Assembly: GCA_964016885.1 (NCBI GenBank)
Contig: OZ024748.1
Span: 43,772,001 to 43,836,000, forward strand
Direction of reading: 5' to 3'
DNA length: 64,000 nucleotides
Source of the DNA: Eledone cirrhosa
Lineage: Eukaryota
The notes below the pieces were generated by a model. It did no database searches. It was not told where the DNA came from and saw only the letters and a list, made by a program, of their open reading frames with translations. Each line of letters opens with the position of its first letter. The first letter of the stretch is position 1. The position numbers and the translations under genes were made by a program. This document shows positions 25,986 to 39,745 of the stretch, one piece after another.

Positions 25986-26397
25986 AAATATTAAACAAAT
26001 AATGAACAAACAATTCCTTATATTAAACAAAAAAAGTTCACTATTTAACGATCGTTTCTAGGGTATATATGTGTTATAATTGGTATGCATATTCAACAGA
26101 TCTATGTACAAAATTATACAAAATTATACAAATTATCAAGATTAAATATACATACCTAACACATATATACGCCGTCTTCAGAAATAATGAAATTATTTCT
26201 GAAGACGGCGTATATATGTGTTAGGTATGTATATTTAATCTTGATAATTTGTATAATTTTGTATAATTTTGTACATAGATCTGTTGAATATGCATACCAA
26301 TTATAACACATATATACCCTAGAAACGATCGTTAAATAGTGAACTTTTTTTGTTTAATATAAGGAATTGTTTGTTCATTATTTATTTAATATTTTAT
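25983..26397. repeat. Near-perfect palindrome, 206-bp arms, 3-nt loop
   Basis: 25983-26188 is the reverse complement of 26192-26397 with one mismatch seen. Confidence 0.95.
26192..26340 (+). ncRNA. Hammerhead-like motif with long stem II (mirror copy on minus strand at 26040-26188)
   Basis: attattt-CUGAAGA...gtatatatgtgtta/taacacatatatac...GAAAC(gatc)GUU-aaatagt; first stem II pair is a C-A mismatch. Confidence 0.55.
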
Positions 26398-26528
26398 CTT
26401 GACTCTGTATACCGTTTATCTTTCACCGAAAGTGGATTTTCATTACATCTCTTCTTTCCATGATATCCGGAATACATTGAGTTCTTCATACGGATTGGAC
26501 ACTACCGTAAACTCTTGGTAGATTTATC

Positions 26529-26585
<57 letters not shown>

Positions 26586-26589
26586 ATGC

Positions 26590-26637
<48 letters not shown>

Positions 26638-26639
26638 GC

Positions 26640-26701
<62 letters not shown>

Positions 26702-26816
26702 ATGCATGTATATATATATATATATGTATGTATGTATATGCATGTATATATATATATATGTATGTATGTATGTATATGCATGTATATATATATATATATA
26801 TGTATGTATATGCATG

Positions 26817-26851
<35 letters not shown>

Positions 26852-27599
26852 ATGCATGTATATATATATATATATGATAATAAGGGCGCTGCGGAGTTGC
26901 AAATGGGTTACATATGGAAAAAGTTTGTCCTTCATCAGTGATCTTCCAACCATCATAGGCATTTCATCGCTTTAAAGACCATATACCTCCGGTTGGTGCG
27001 AGCAACGGCTAAAAAAAGTCGCTGGGACACGTAAATAAAGGGGACGCGAGGGTAAACAAACAAAATGGTGAAGCAACAGTAAATGAGGAAGAAAGAGATA
27101 AGTCCTAGATTTCTATGAATTTAAATTCGGTGAAATCATGAACGAGAGAATAAAGACCATCAAACCTGGTTGAAATGTGAGCAAGGAAGGAATTTTGCAC
27201 AGGTCTAACGGGAGGAAGAAGGGGTCAGGTCTGCGAATTCGGTAAACATAAGTTCTGTGAAATCGTAGACGAGAGAGAGAAAAAATTCATACCAGCTTGG
27301 CCAGCGTGCGGGAGAAAAGAATTACACACAGGTCAAATGGGAAGAAAGAGGAGGAGGAGAGGTAGTGACAGAGAATGAGTGAGTGAAGGGTGAGGAAGAG
27401 GCTAACAGAGAGAGAGAGACTGCTAGAAAGGGTAAAGATACATAGAATGAAACAGACGGGTGGCAGCAGAGGAAAAAATGTGTAAATATATATATATATG
27501 TATGTATATGCATGTATATATATATATGTATATATATATATGTATGTATATGCATGTATATATATATATGTATATATATATATGTATGTATGTATATGC

Positions 27600-27648
<49 letters not shown>

Positions 27649-27700
27649 TATATAGATATATATATATATGTATATATATGCATGTATATATATATATATA

Positions 27701-30700
27701 CTAGCAGTTCAGCCTGGCGTTGCTCGGGTTTGTTCATTTGCTATGAAAAGTTACATACAGGTAAACGTGGTTTGAAAGCGAATAAGCTTATCAATTAAGT
27801 GCATAAAGCAGTTGAACCGGTTATTAAAAGTTACGAACCAATTAGCATTTTGGTCAATCAATGATGGGTTAATAATCTTCCAATAGCGAATTTAGTAGAC
27901 CAGGAATTGTGATCGCCGGAAATCGAACGGGATATCTGACGCCGAGGGGAAAAGGTTCATCCTTGGAATGAAAACATTCTCCCCTCTTCCGCACCCCGTT
28001 ACAATGGTGGCCTCAATCAAGTGGGTGTCAGTGACTTGACGACCATGCGAATACCGTTGCACTGCTTTGGTGGACGCAAGTTCCTTATTAGCATAATGGG
28101 ACAGCCAACCCCAAGCTTAATAATGTGAGGTGGGAGCCCTGAGGGCTCAATGAGATTTAATAACTCAACCGGATAATTAACGATATCGTCGGGGTCTGAT
28201 TTGAAGATGTGCTCTTTACCGGGAATCTTCTCAATCAGCTGCTCGTTAATAAAATTAACCATGGTATTTTTCGGAGCAAGAATGGCTCTTTCGCTGAGCC
28301 AATCGAGGTTTTTAAAGTTAGATGAGACATTAGGAAAAACTGCTTTCCAAAGGTCAGAAGGGCTGCTCACAATGTTGCACAGGGTGTCGATTGCTATGCC
28401 GCCCTTGTCATCCGCAGGGATCTTGCCCTCACCAAGTGCTAAAATGTTCTGTGCTGCAGACATGTCACCATGCAAATGAGCACACATATTTGTGCTCAGG
28501 TACAAACTATTCACCTGGAGCCACAACATGGACGACTTAAGACAGGCACGCACTTCCTCAGCTCTTGTCCATTTGGGTATGACAGGCAGCGTTTTCCGTT
28601 AATCCCGATAGCAGAAGGGTTACGCCACCCATAGGAGCCGTAGAATCCCTAATGTCTTTCCGGGCCTTGTCCAATGCCTAAAGGGCACCCTTGTGTGCCA
28701 TTGTGCAGTCATCCCAAAGAATGAGGCAACATCTTTTGAGAACCATAGCTTTGTGTGAACTCTTGCTGATATTGCATGTTGGTGACTCAGTTTTTACTAA
28801 ATCCAAAGGGAGTTTAAAGGTTGAATGTGCTGTCCTGCCTCCCGGCAGCAAAGTAGCAGCGATCCCGGACGATGCAACGGACAACGCAACTTTTTTCTCC
28901 TTACGAATCTTAGCGAGAATCAAATTCGATACAAAATTTTTTATTGGGGGATCAGGGTTTTTTTTTTTTGACCTTGAGGTATAACCAGTCAGTAGTTCCT
29001 TCAAAGGCTCTGGCGGTTACGTAAGAGGGGGCAAGGTGACCTTACCGTTTAAGCAGCACATTGCAGGTGGCTCCCCAGCCCACTTTGTAGCATTGCAGAA
29101 TTGGCAATTGAAGCACATTTCGCCTATATTTGTCAGAGCGCATCGAGTAATTAACGTTTTGCTCATACTTGAAAGCCCGTAGGTGCCAGTAAGGGCTGTT
29201 GGGGCTCGTCTCACCGCGGGCAGCTTCTCACCGTCGACTGTTATGCTTGAACGTAGAACATTGGTCGTGTGGTTGGTGGGAAGGTCTGGCAGCAATAGCA
29301 GAAGCAACATTTGCAATGCTAATGGACCGCCCGTCTGCATCTTCAGAAGCCATGGAAGTAGTCATAGCCGCAGCCTTCGTAAGAAGGCGAGCCGTCCGTT
29401 GTTTTAAACGTTCCAAAGACCTGAAAGCAGCATTAGTCGCATCGTTTCTAGCCAGGCGCTTCGACCTTTGTTCATGGCTCTCTGAAGTCCTGGAAGAAGC
29501 CTGGTATGAAGCCATTTTGGCTAGGCGTGCGGTGCGCTGTTGGAAACTTTCAGCGGCTCGACATTCTGCTGAACATAAGGCTGTCTGTGAAAGTCTTGAA
29601 GCATTTTCCTCAGAGGACTTGTTTGCTATAGTAGCCTTTTGCGCCACTGCTGACGCGGTATGTCGACTGAGGCGACTTCTCTTTTTAGGTGACATTTTAT
29701 GTCCAAAAGAAAGGGTGAAAGTTATTTCTACAGAAAAATTGACTTTGAAAGTCTGTTTATGAATATTGTTATTGTTGTGATACAAATATTAGTAAGTAAA
29801 TGGGTATCGAAAAATAAAGGGTGAAAGTTACTTCAACATAAAAATTGATTTTGAAAGTATAAGGCTGATAATTGAATGTAAAAAGATAGATAAGAAAGGC
29901 CCCCCAAAAAAATTTACAGGTATTTGTATGTATGTGTGTATTTTTATGTCGAAAAGAAAGGGTTAAAGTTACTTCTACAGAAAAATTTAGTTTGAAAGTA
30001 TAAGGCCGACATGTGTGTAAATTAAGTGACAGGTATTTGTGTGTCTGTGTGTCTGTGTGTATGTATGTATGTATGTATGTATTAAAGGTTGAAAGTTACT
30101 TCAACATAAAAATTGACTTTGAAAGTATAAGGCTGATAATTGAATGTAAAAAGATTGATAAGAAAGGCCCCAAAAAAAACTTTACAGGTCTTTGTATGTA
30201 TGTGTCTATTTTTATGTCGAAAATAAAAGGTTAAAGTTACTTATACAGAAAAATATAGTTTGAAAGTGTAAGGCCGATTGAAAAACTTACAGTTTAGTAA
30301 ATGAAAGTCAGCTTCGAAATGGAGTTTGAACGCGCTAATACAAACACACACACATATATCCGTCTTTTAGTGTGTTTGTTTGTTTCTCTCTCCCTCTTTA
30401 TCATGATATCCTTTCTAAAACAAACTGTGTATGCGTTGATTGATTGAAATTCCCGCGTTCCTGTTTCTATGACGTCAATCGTAACCATACCAACATATAT
30501 GTGTGTGTATGCACCCACATATATGTGTGTGTATGTTTTTTTTCAATGTTTCTCTTTTTCACAAACACTTATAAGAGAAGGTAGCAATTTTAAGGGGAGG
30601 TGATGAAGGGAGTAGATATAGGAAACGTATATCATATGAGAGAGGAGAATCATCGATTGTTGAAATAAATCGATTTTTCCGTAATTGGGGCATTTTTTAC

Positions 30701-30841
30701 CCAATAAGTTCGCCCATGACCCAAGTTAGAATATTTGTAAACATTCTGCTTAATTATTCATTCAATATTTTTGGAATTGTGTAAATGTATAAAATTGAAA
30801 CATACATACAGACACAAAAATCTGCCTTTTATAGATAATGA
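27701..30841 (-). mobile_element. Internally deleted Helitron (N-terminal zinc finger and PIF1 helicase remnants; Rep domain not seen)
   Basis: On the minus strand 5' TC at 30841, 3' cccgagcaacgccagg hairpin then CTAG at 27701, inserted between A and T; CQFCNATKW.GE....CCLNGKV, VASSGIAATLLPGGRTAHSTFKLP, RAILAPKN, GLPPH.....G.PIMLIRNL. Confidence 0.92.
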
Positions 30842-30888
30842 TACATGCATATATATATATATATATACATACATATATATATATATAT

Positions 30889-31852
30889 ATCATCATCAAC
30901 GTTTAACGTCCGTGTTCCACGCTTGCATGGGTTTGGACGGGGGTAGTCCCACTTGAGGCAAGAGTGATTGTCTTGCTCGCATAGGACTGTCTGGCAGGTT
31001 TTCTACAGTTGGATGCCCTTCCTAACACCAACCACATTTACAGTGTGGGTCTGGGAGGTTTTTACCGTGTTGCCTACACGGCCACATTACAGCGTGGACT
31101 GTGTTTTTTTGTCGTGACACCTACACGATCTCATTTGTTTCGGCCTGGATGGCGCGGCACCAACATAACTTTACATAGAACGGGGTGGTGTGGATGGGGT
31201 GGGGGGGGGGGGGGGGGGGTTGGACGGGGTGTATTTTGTTAGAGATGCCTACTGGCTGGAGTAGGTTTTACTATATATTTAGGTAAGGCGGGTCTTCTCT
31301 GTTACTGAGTACCGCCAAAGGTCTCGGTCCAGTGACATTGTCTTGGAGAGGTGTAAGTGTGTGATGTCGGAGTTTATCAGTTCGTCCCAGGTTTTTCTAG
31401 GTCTGCCTATTCCGTGACTACCGTCTATCTTTATTGCCCTGCACTTTGTTATACAGCTATCAACTTTCATGCGCATCACGTGTCCATACCAACGTAGCCT
31501 TCTCTCGAGTAAACAACATCTGATCCCTCTTATCTCTTATTTTTTCCTTAGTTCGTTTATGCTTTGCCGTTCACGTATATTACTGTTACACATCCAGCGG
31601 AGCATGCAAGCTTCGTTCCTCTCTAGTCTGCATATATCCTCTGCACACAATGCCATGCAGCATTGCTGTTCATATGCAGGCATCGTACAACCTGCCTTTC
31701 ATTTTTAGGGAGAACCCTTTAGCAGCTAATAGTGGTATAAGCTCTCTGAACTTTTTCCAACCAGTTCTGACTCTAGCTACAGTACTTTCAGAGCACCCTC
31801 CCCCACTGCTGATTTTATCGCCCAGGTAACGGAAGCTGTCCACTATTTCTAT
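30889..31852 (-). mobile_element. 5'-truncated RTE copy, very close to the full-length element
   Basis: Reverse complement of about 58195-59135; 14-bp internal deletion near 31655 between tgcc direct repeats. Confidence 0.92.
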
Positions 31853-32745
31853 ATACATGCATATATATATATATATATATATACATGCATATATATATGC
31901 ATATATATATATATATATACATGCATATATATATGCATATATATATATATGCATGTATATATACATATATATATATATGCATATATATATATATATATGC
32001 ATATATATATATATATGCATATATATATATATGCATATATATATACACATATATATATACACATATATATACATGCATATATATACATGCATATATATAC
32101 ATGCATATATATACATGCATATATATATATGCATATATATACATACATATATATACATGCATATATATATATACATATATATACATGCATATATATATAT
32201 ATATACATGCATATATATATATACATGCATATATATACATGCATATATATACATATGCATATATATATATATGCATATATATATATGCATATATATATAT
32301 GCATATATATATATATATACATATATATACATGCATATATATATATACATGCATACATATATATATACATATATACATGCATATATATATAAATGCATAT
32401 ATATATACATGCATATATATATATATATATACATGCATATATATATATACGCATATATATATATATATATACATGCATATATATATATACGCATATATAT
32501 ATATATATATACATGCATATATATATATATATATATATACGCATATATATATATACGCATATATATATATACGCATATATATATATATATACGCATATAT
32601 ATATATATATATCTATACATGCATATATATATATACGCATATATGTATATATATATATATGTATATATATATGTATATGTATATATATATGTATATGTAT
32701 ATATATGTATATGTATATATATATATATGTATATATATGTATATG

Positions 32746-32776
<31 letters not shown>

Positions 32777-32854
32777 GTATATATATATATGTATATATAT
32801 ATATATGTATATATATGTATATATATATATATGTATATATATATGTATATGTAT

Positions 32855-32909
<55 letters not shown>

Positions 32910-33140
32910 TACATATATATATACATATATATATACATATATATATACATATATATATACATATATATATACATATATATATACATATATATATACATAT
33001 ATATATACATATATATATACATATATATACATATACATATATACATATATATATATATACATATATATATACATATATATACATATACATATATACATAT
33101 ATACATATATACATATATACATATATATATACATATATAC

Positions 33141-33215
<75 letters not shown>

Positions 33216-33363
33216 CATATATACATATATACATATATATACATACATATACATATATACATACATACATATGTATACATACATATACATACATGCATAT
33301 GTATATGCATGTATATACATACATATACATACATATGTATATACATATATATATATACATATA
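31853..33363. repeat. Compound (TA)n / TACA / TGCA microsatellite
   Basis: Direct observation; similar tracts at 24810-24960, 25305-25495, 25825-25982, 26530-26875, 27485-27700, 33573-34160, 35776-36010. Confidence 0.97.
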
Positions 33364-33366
33364 TCC

Positions 33367-33572
33367 TGAAGGCGTGTAGCTGAGTGGTTAGAGAATTGGC
33401 TTCGCAGTCGCGAGGTTGTGAGTTCGATTCCTGGACCAGGCGATGCGTTATGTCCTTGAGCAAGACACTTTATTTCACGTTGCTCCCTCCACCTGGAGTT
33501 GCGACCGATAGATAGTATTAGCAAGTGGAAAGACCAACGGAAACATTGTTCCCTCGGTCCGATGTGACGAAA
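33367..33572 (+). mobile_element. tRNA-derived SINE with CORE/Meta-like central domain
   Basis: A box tagctgagtgg, B box gagttcgattcc, then tgtccttgagcaagacactt; related copies at about 8149-8274, 8476-8590, 8624-8760, 61915-62055. Confidence 0.85.
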
Positions 33573-33596
33573 TATATATACATGCATATATATACA

Positions 33597-33652
<56 letters not shown>

Positions 33653-33707
33653 TGCATATATATATATATATGTACATGCATATATATATATATATATATG
33701 TACATGC

Positions 33708-33738
<31 letters not shown>

Positions 33739-34164
33739 TGCATATATATATATATATATGTACATGCATATATATATATATATGTACATGCATATATATA
33801 TATATATGTACATGCATATATATATATATATATATGTACATGCATATATATATATATATATATATATGTACATGCATATATATATATATATATGTACATG
33901 CATATATATATATATATGTACATGCATATATATATATATATGTACATGCATATATATATATATATGTACATGCATATATATATATATAGGCATGTATGTA
34001 CTGGCATATATATATATATGCATGTATATACATATATATATATATATACATGCATATATATATATATATACATGCATATATATATATGCATGTATGTATA
34101 TGCATGTATATATATGCATGTATATATATGCATGTATATATATATATGCATGTATATATATTTT

Positions 34165-34386
34165 TAGGAACGATCGACTTTCGTCAAATCGGACTGAGGG
34201 AACAATGTTTCCGTTGGTCTTTCCAATTGCTAATACTATCTATCGGTCGCAACTCCAGGTAGAAGGAGCAACGTGAAATAAAGTGTCTTGCTCAAGGACA
34301 TAACACATCGCCTGGTCCAGGAATCAAACTCACAACCTCACGACTGCGAAGCCAATTCTCTAACCACTCAGCTACACGCCTTCAGG
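34165..34386 (-). mobile_element. Same SINE, inverted copy
   Basis: Reverse complement of 33367-33572 with a few substitutions. Confidence 0.85.
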
Positions 34387-34479
34387 ATATATGTATATAC
34401 ATATGTATGTATATACATGCATATATATATATGTATGCATGTATATATATATATATATATATATATATGCATGTATATA

Positions 34480-35775
34480 CGAGGGGGGATCAAAAAGTTC
34501 GCGGAATTTTTCAGAAAATATTCTATTTTTCAAAAAATATGATTTACCATCAATTTATTTTTCTACATAGTTGCTATCCAGGTCAATACACTTCACAAGG
34601 CGATGCTTCCAGCTTCATAAGCCGTCTCTAAAGAAAGTTGAAGGCCTTGTTCGAAGCCATGTGTTGGCAGTGTTTTTAGCTTCTTCAACACCACTAAAAC
34701 GGGTTCCTTTTAGCATTTCTTAGAGTTTTGGAAAGAGGAAAAAGTCTGATGGGGCTAAATCTGGACTATAAGGCGAGTGAGGAAGCACTTCCCATCGAAA
34801 TTCTCGAAGAACTTCTTTTGCAACCCACGCAGAATGCGCTGGTGCATTGTCATGGTGAAACAAGATCCCACCATGAAGTTTCCCTTTTCGTTTGACTAAA
34901 GCCTCTTTCAGCTTCCTTAAAACATTTGCATAGTAAGCTCCTGTCACAGTTCTTTGACCTTCAAGATTATTAGTATCACCCCATCTGAATCCCAGAAAAT
35001 GGTGGCCATTACTTTTTGATCCGACTTTTGAACTTGATTGGCCCCGATGATCCACGTGAAAGCCACTGTTTTGACTGCTGTTTGGATTCAGGATTATACT
35101 GGTAGATCCAGGTTTCATCTCCGGTGATGATTCTGGTCAGGAAATGCTCTTCATCAACTTCAATTTTGTTTAATATCGCCCAAGACAGATCACTTCGAAG
35201 AATCAGCTGATCAGGGCGCAACGCTTTTGGGACCCATCGCACTGAAAGCTTGCTTAGTCCCAAATTATCGTGCAGAATTTAATTTGCCGAACCATATGAA
35301 ATGTCTAGGGACTTAGCTAACTGATTAACTGTTATTCTTCGATCTTCTTCAATTAAAGTCTGAGCAGCCTCAACGTTTTGGTCATTTTTTTGATGTTCCT
35401 AGTCTTCCACTGCGATGGTCGTCTTCAAGGTCGTCTCTCCCTTGTTTGAATCACTGAATCCACTTGTAGACAGCAGTTTTCTTTGGAGCAGTAGTACTGT
35501 AAACTTTAACTAAAACCTCCATAATCTGTGTCCCTTTCCATTTGAGTTTCACCAGAAACTTGATATTCGATCTTATCTCAAAATAACTATTTTCCATTGT
35601 TCCAAAAAGAGGTTTTTGAAAGTGTGTCAGTACTGTACAATAGTCCGCACATGACTGCAAGTGAGTAATAGCAAGGTAAACACCCAGTGGCAATGTTCTG
35701 ACATGTTTAATATTGTTTTAATCTATTTTTTTCTTACTACGATAAAATTCCGCGAACTTTTTGATTCCCCCCTCG
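34480..35775 (-). mobile_element. Mariner transposon (1296 bp) with pseudogenised DD34D transposase
   Basis: About 31-bp TIRs cgaggggggatcaaaaagttcgcggaatttt with TA on both sides; WVP.AL, TGDETW, HDNAPAH and YSPDLAPSDF spread over three frames. Confidence 0.95.
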
Positions 35776-35941
35776 TATATATGTATGTATATATATATAT
35801 ATATATATGCATGTATATATATGTATGTATATACATGCATATACATATATATGTATGTATATACATGCATATACATATATATATGCATGTATATATACAC
35901 ATATATATATGTGTATATATATATATATACACATATGCATG

Positions 35942-35985
<44 letters not shown>

Positions 35986-36316
35986 CGAGTGCGATATATA
36001 TATGTATATATATTCTTTAGTTGTTTTGTTTGTTAAATCTGTTACCAATAATAAACAAACAATTCTTGATGAAAGACATTTTCAGAAAAACAGACATTCC
36101 TCAGTGTGTGTGTGTGTGTGTGTGCGTGTGTCCCCGTGTGTGCCCGTGTGTGCGTGCCGTGTGTGTGTGCGTGTGTCCCCGTGTGTGCCGTGTGTGTGTG
36201 TGTGTGCGTGCCGTGTGTGTGTGTGTGTCCCCGTGTGTGCCCGTGCATGTAAATATATTTTTTATTCTTGTCATGATTAGTTTAAGTTATAGGCATGATT
36301 GGAAAAGTAGATGTAC

Positions 36317-36363
<47 letters not shown>

Positions 36364-36463
36364 CACGCAAAAACCGTACAAATCTAATAAATAATTCACT
36401 GATAGTTTTGTTTTTCTGTATTCCAGAGCATTGGTTTGGCTATTTGCCATCCAATATTGCCGC

Positions 36464-37051
36464 TGTAAATACAACTGTAGATACAACTGTAGATACAACT
36501 GTAGATACAACTGTAGATACAACTGTAAATACAACTGTAGATACAACTGTAGATACAACTGTAAATACAACTGTAGATACAACTGTAGATACAACTGTAA
36601 ATACAACTGTAAATACAACTGTAAATACAACTGTAAATACAACTGTAAATACAACTGTAAATACAACTGTAGATACAACTGTAGATACAACTGTAAATAC
36701 AACTGTAAATACAACTGTAAATACAACTGTAGATACAACTGTAGATACAACTGTAGATACAACTGTAGATACAACTGTAGATACAACTGTAAATACAACT
36801 GTAAATACAACTGTAAATACAACTGTAAATACAACTGTAAATACAACTGTAAATACAACTGTAAATACAACTGTAAATACAACTGTAAATACAACTGTAA
36901 ATACAACTGTAAATACAACTGTAAATACAACTGTAAATACAACTGTAAATACAACTGTAAATACAACTGTAAATACAACTGTAAATACAACTGTAAATAC
37001 AACTGTAAATACAACTGTAAATACAACTGTAAATACAACTGTAAATACAAC
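36464..37051. repeat. 12-bp satellite (ctgta[a/g]atacaa)n, about 49 copies
   Basis: Direct observation. Confidence 0.97.
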
Positions 37052-39574
37052 GTACCTGGCATTGATATCCCTGATTTCAAACAAGGATATTTTTAGCAAC
37101 ATGCTGGTCAAATAAAACAGAACCAACATCATTTAATGTACAAATGTCCATCCAACTTTCCTCAGCACGTGACCTAACCATCTCATTCTGTTCCCTTTCA
37201 CAACATCCACCACTGGTTCTATTCCTATTACTACCAATACAGCGGATCCTTGGTTCACATCTTTGTTTCTTTATCAAGGCTGTTCATCCAAATTCCTCGT
37301 AAACCGAAACTATTTTTCCCTTACAAAATAATTGTTTCTACTTTTGGCACAAGGCCAGCAACCATCCCAGTACATTACTGGTACTTCATTTTATCGACCC
37401 CGTAAGGATGAAAGGCAAAGTTAACCTCGGCGGGATTTGAACTCAGATCGTAAAGGGACGTAACTATGCTGGAAAGCATGTCCGACCCTCTACCGATACT
37501 GCCAAATAATGAATGAAAGAGAAATACAGAGAGAGAGAGAGAGAGTCTGAAAGACAGATATCACCATAGTAACTAACTACACAGTAAGTGATGCTTTCCC
37601 ACCAATACTCCAAGCTTGTTGCCACCTGTTGTTGCCAGTTTGCGTGTTCATTACTCGGGACACCTTTCAACATGTGGGAGGGATGCCGAGGTGGTGGGAG
37701 GGATGCCGAGGTGGTGGAGGAGGTTGAGGTGGTGGGAGGGAGGTTGAGGTGGTGGGAGGGAGGTTGATGCGAAGACATTACCCTGGAAGACGGTGAGTGG
37801 AACATCCACTCCACGTTGCAGGGCTCACACCTGCTGACAACCAACTCTGACTCGATAGCAGTGAGTAGAGATGTTGTCTGGGGACCAACAATGCTGGAAG
37901 TCTCCACTGCTACAGACTAAAACACAAACCTATCAGAGAATGGCCAATTCTTTACAGTTTGCCGTCCTTCACCAGGTGGGCAGTGAAGCCTAGGCTGGTG
38001 GCTGAATGTACCAGGTTGCCACTAAAGAAGGTGCCACAACATATAGCATCCCTGATGAGGGCCTTACCCCAACATAAAGGGAAAGTTGTCATGCCATTGA
38101 CTCATGTTCAATGACAACAATATTCATTCCCTGCTGTGGTGTTTGAGGCAATGTCATATGTTTTTTTCTTTCTGACTCATTTTTGTTCTTATTTTCTTCC
38201 AGCCTTATCTAAACTTAACTTTAATCTCCCCTCATTTCCTAACTTTAGTCTCCACTCATTTCCTAACTTTGGTCTCCACTTGCTGTCCTTTCATTTTCCT
38301 TATCACTCCTACATGCCAACACACACCTCTATTAATCTATACTTTTCACCCACCCAACAACTTTCCATTTCCCTGTAGCAGTCACTGTCCACCGTTTTCC
38401 GTCCTTAGGGGTATTTCTACCCAACTTCTATGCTGTTATTATTAATGGCATTTGGCTGTTTTAACAGCTATTTCTCACATTTCAGTTTTCCCATTTTTCT
38501 GTGACCTTTGAAATAAATATATTTTTTTAAATAACCTAAAATACAACTGGAATTATCAGCTGTTCAGTAAAACATTTTAATTTCTTTTAAATAATAAAGA
38601 AAAATTCTTAAATAGAAAAACTGAAGTGAAAAATAAAATAGTTATAACAATATAAATATTTATATGTTAATATAAGTTAACTGGTAAAACCATTTCTACA
38701 CTATAAATCTAAGAATTTGGTGGTATTTCACCATCACCTGCACCATTATCATCATCATCATCATCATCATCATCCTCATTATCATCATTATCATCATCCT
38801 CATCACCACCATCACCTTCACCACCCTCATCTCCACTACCACTACCCTCATCAACACCACCACCCTCACCACCATCATCCCACCACCACCCTCACCACTA
38901 CCATCATCATCATCACTTGAGGCAATAGACCATGTTAAAAGGCTTAAACTTCCAATCAATCAATATTTCTATTTATCAAATATTTATCATCCCAAGAACA
39001 AAATATAAAATCGATTTTATAATCAGACGTACAGTATTGTATTATTTTACACGGGAATCTACCAAGATTTCTAGCAGTTGGTTTGTATTTACAGGAATAA
39101 ATAACCCAAACAAGTTTCATTCTACAGATATAATCAAAAAAATACCATTCCTATTAAGTTGAAAATAAAACAAATTCTAATGGGAATAATTTCACCCTTA
39201 CGTAAAACAAAATTTCTAAATGTACTTCAACATGTAGATTATATAAATGGTAAGAACAAAATTACTGTACAGCAGGCACTGTATTCTTCAATATCAGAAA
39301 TATTTATATATTCTAAATGACAGAACAAACAGCCTTATGGATATTATTTGGTTCTACAACAGCCTTATGGACATTAATTGATTGTATAACCCCTTAATAA
39401 CAAATGCCGTAGTCAAGCTAAAATATCTTATGCATATTCTGTTCTATTTGAATATAGAAAGCTGTGAGTGAAATGTTAAGTAGCCATGAAATAACAGCAA
39501 TGAGGATATTCATAATAATTTTCTTCTATTCTTTAAATATTTTGATAGAAATTCTATAAATCAGTATATTTTAC

Positions 39575-39745
39575 CTTCTGCTTCAGTGATTCCATCACAA
39601 TGTTATCTATCGCATTACATCGTACGTCAAAATAAGATTAAAAAAGAAAAAGAAAGAAAACTATAAAAATGAGAAGAATTGTCGTCATACACAGGACAGC
39701 TTCCACGGTGGTTGGCGAGTCCAGTTATTGAGCAGAACTGTTTAC
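39575..39745 (-). other. Candidate alternative 5' exon of Spire (UTR plus MESLKQK)
   Basis: ttctattcag acceptor and AAG|gtaaaa donor; ATG at 39595 gives 7 codons in phase 0 with the WH2-D exon; in-frame stops upstream. Confidence 0.45.

Noticed and set aside
28017-29004. Host PIF1 helicase gene
   Set aside because: Broken by stops and frameshifts, intronless and enclosed by Helitron termini
33367-33440. tRNA genes
   Set aside because: A and B boxes belong to SINE heads followed by SINE body; no complete cloverleaf
24751-36280. Many YIYI/MHIY-type ORFs
   Set aside because: Translations of (TA)n compound microsatellites
36021-37132. NTTV / LQLY / KYNC repeat proteins
   Set aside because: 12-bp satellite that is open in several frames
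37780-38110. Coding exon or hammerhead in a GC-richer block containing ctgatgag
   Set aside because: No consistent frame, splice sites or hammerhead stems; probably a decayed LINE 3' end
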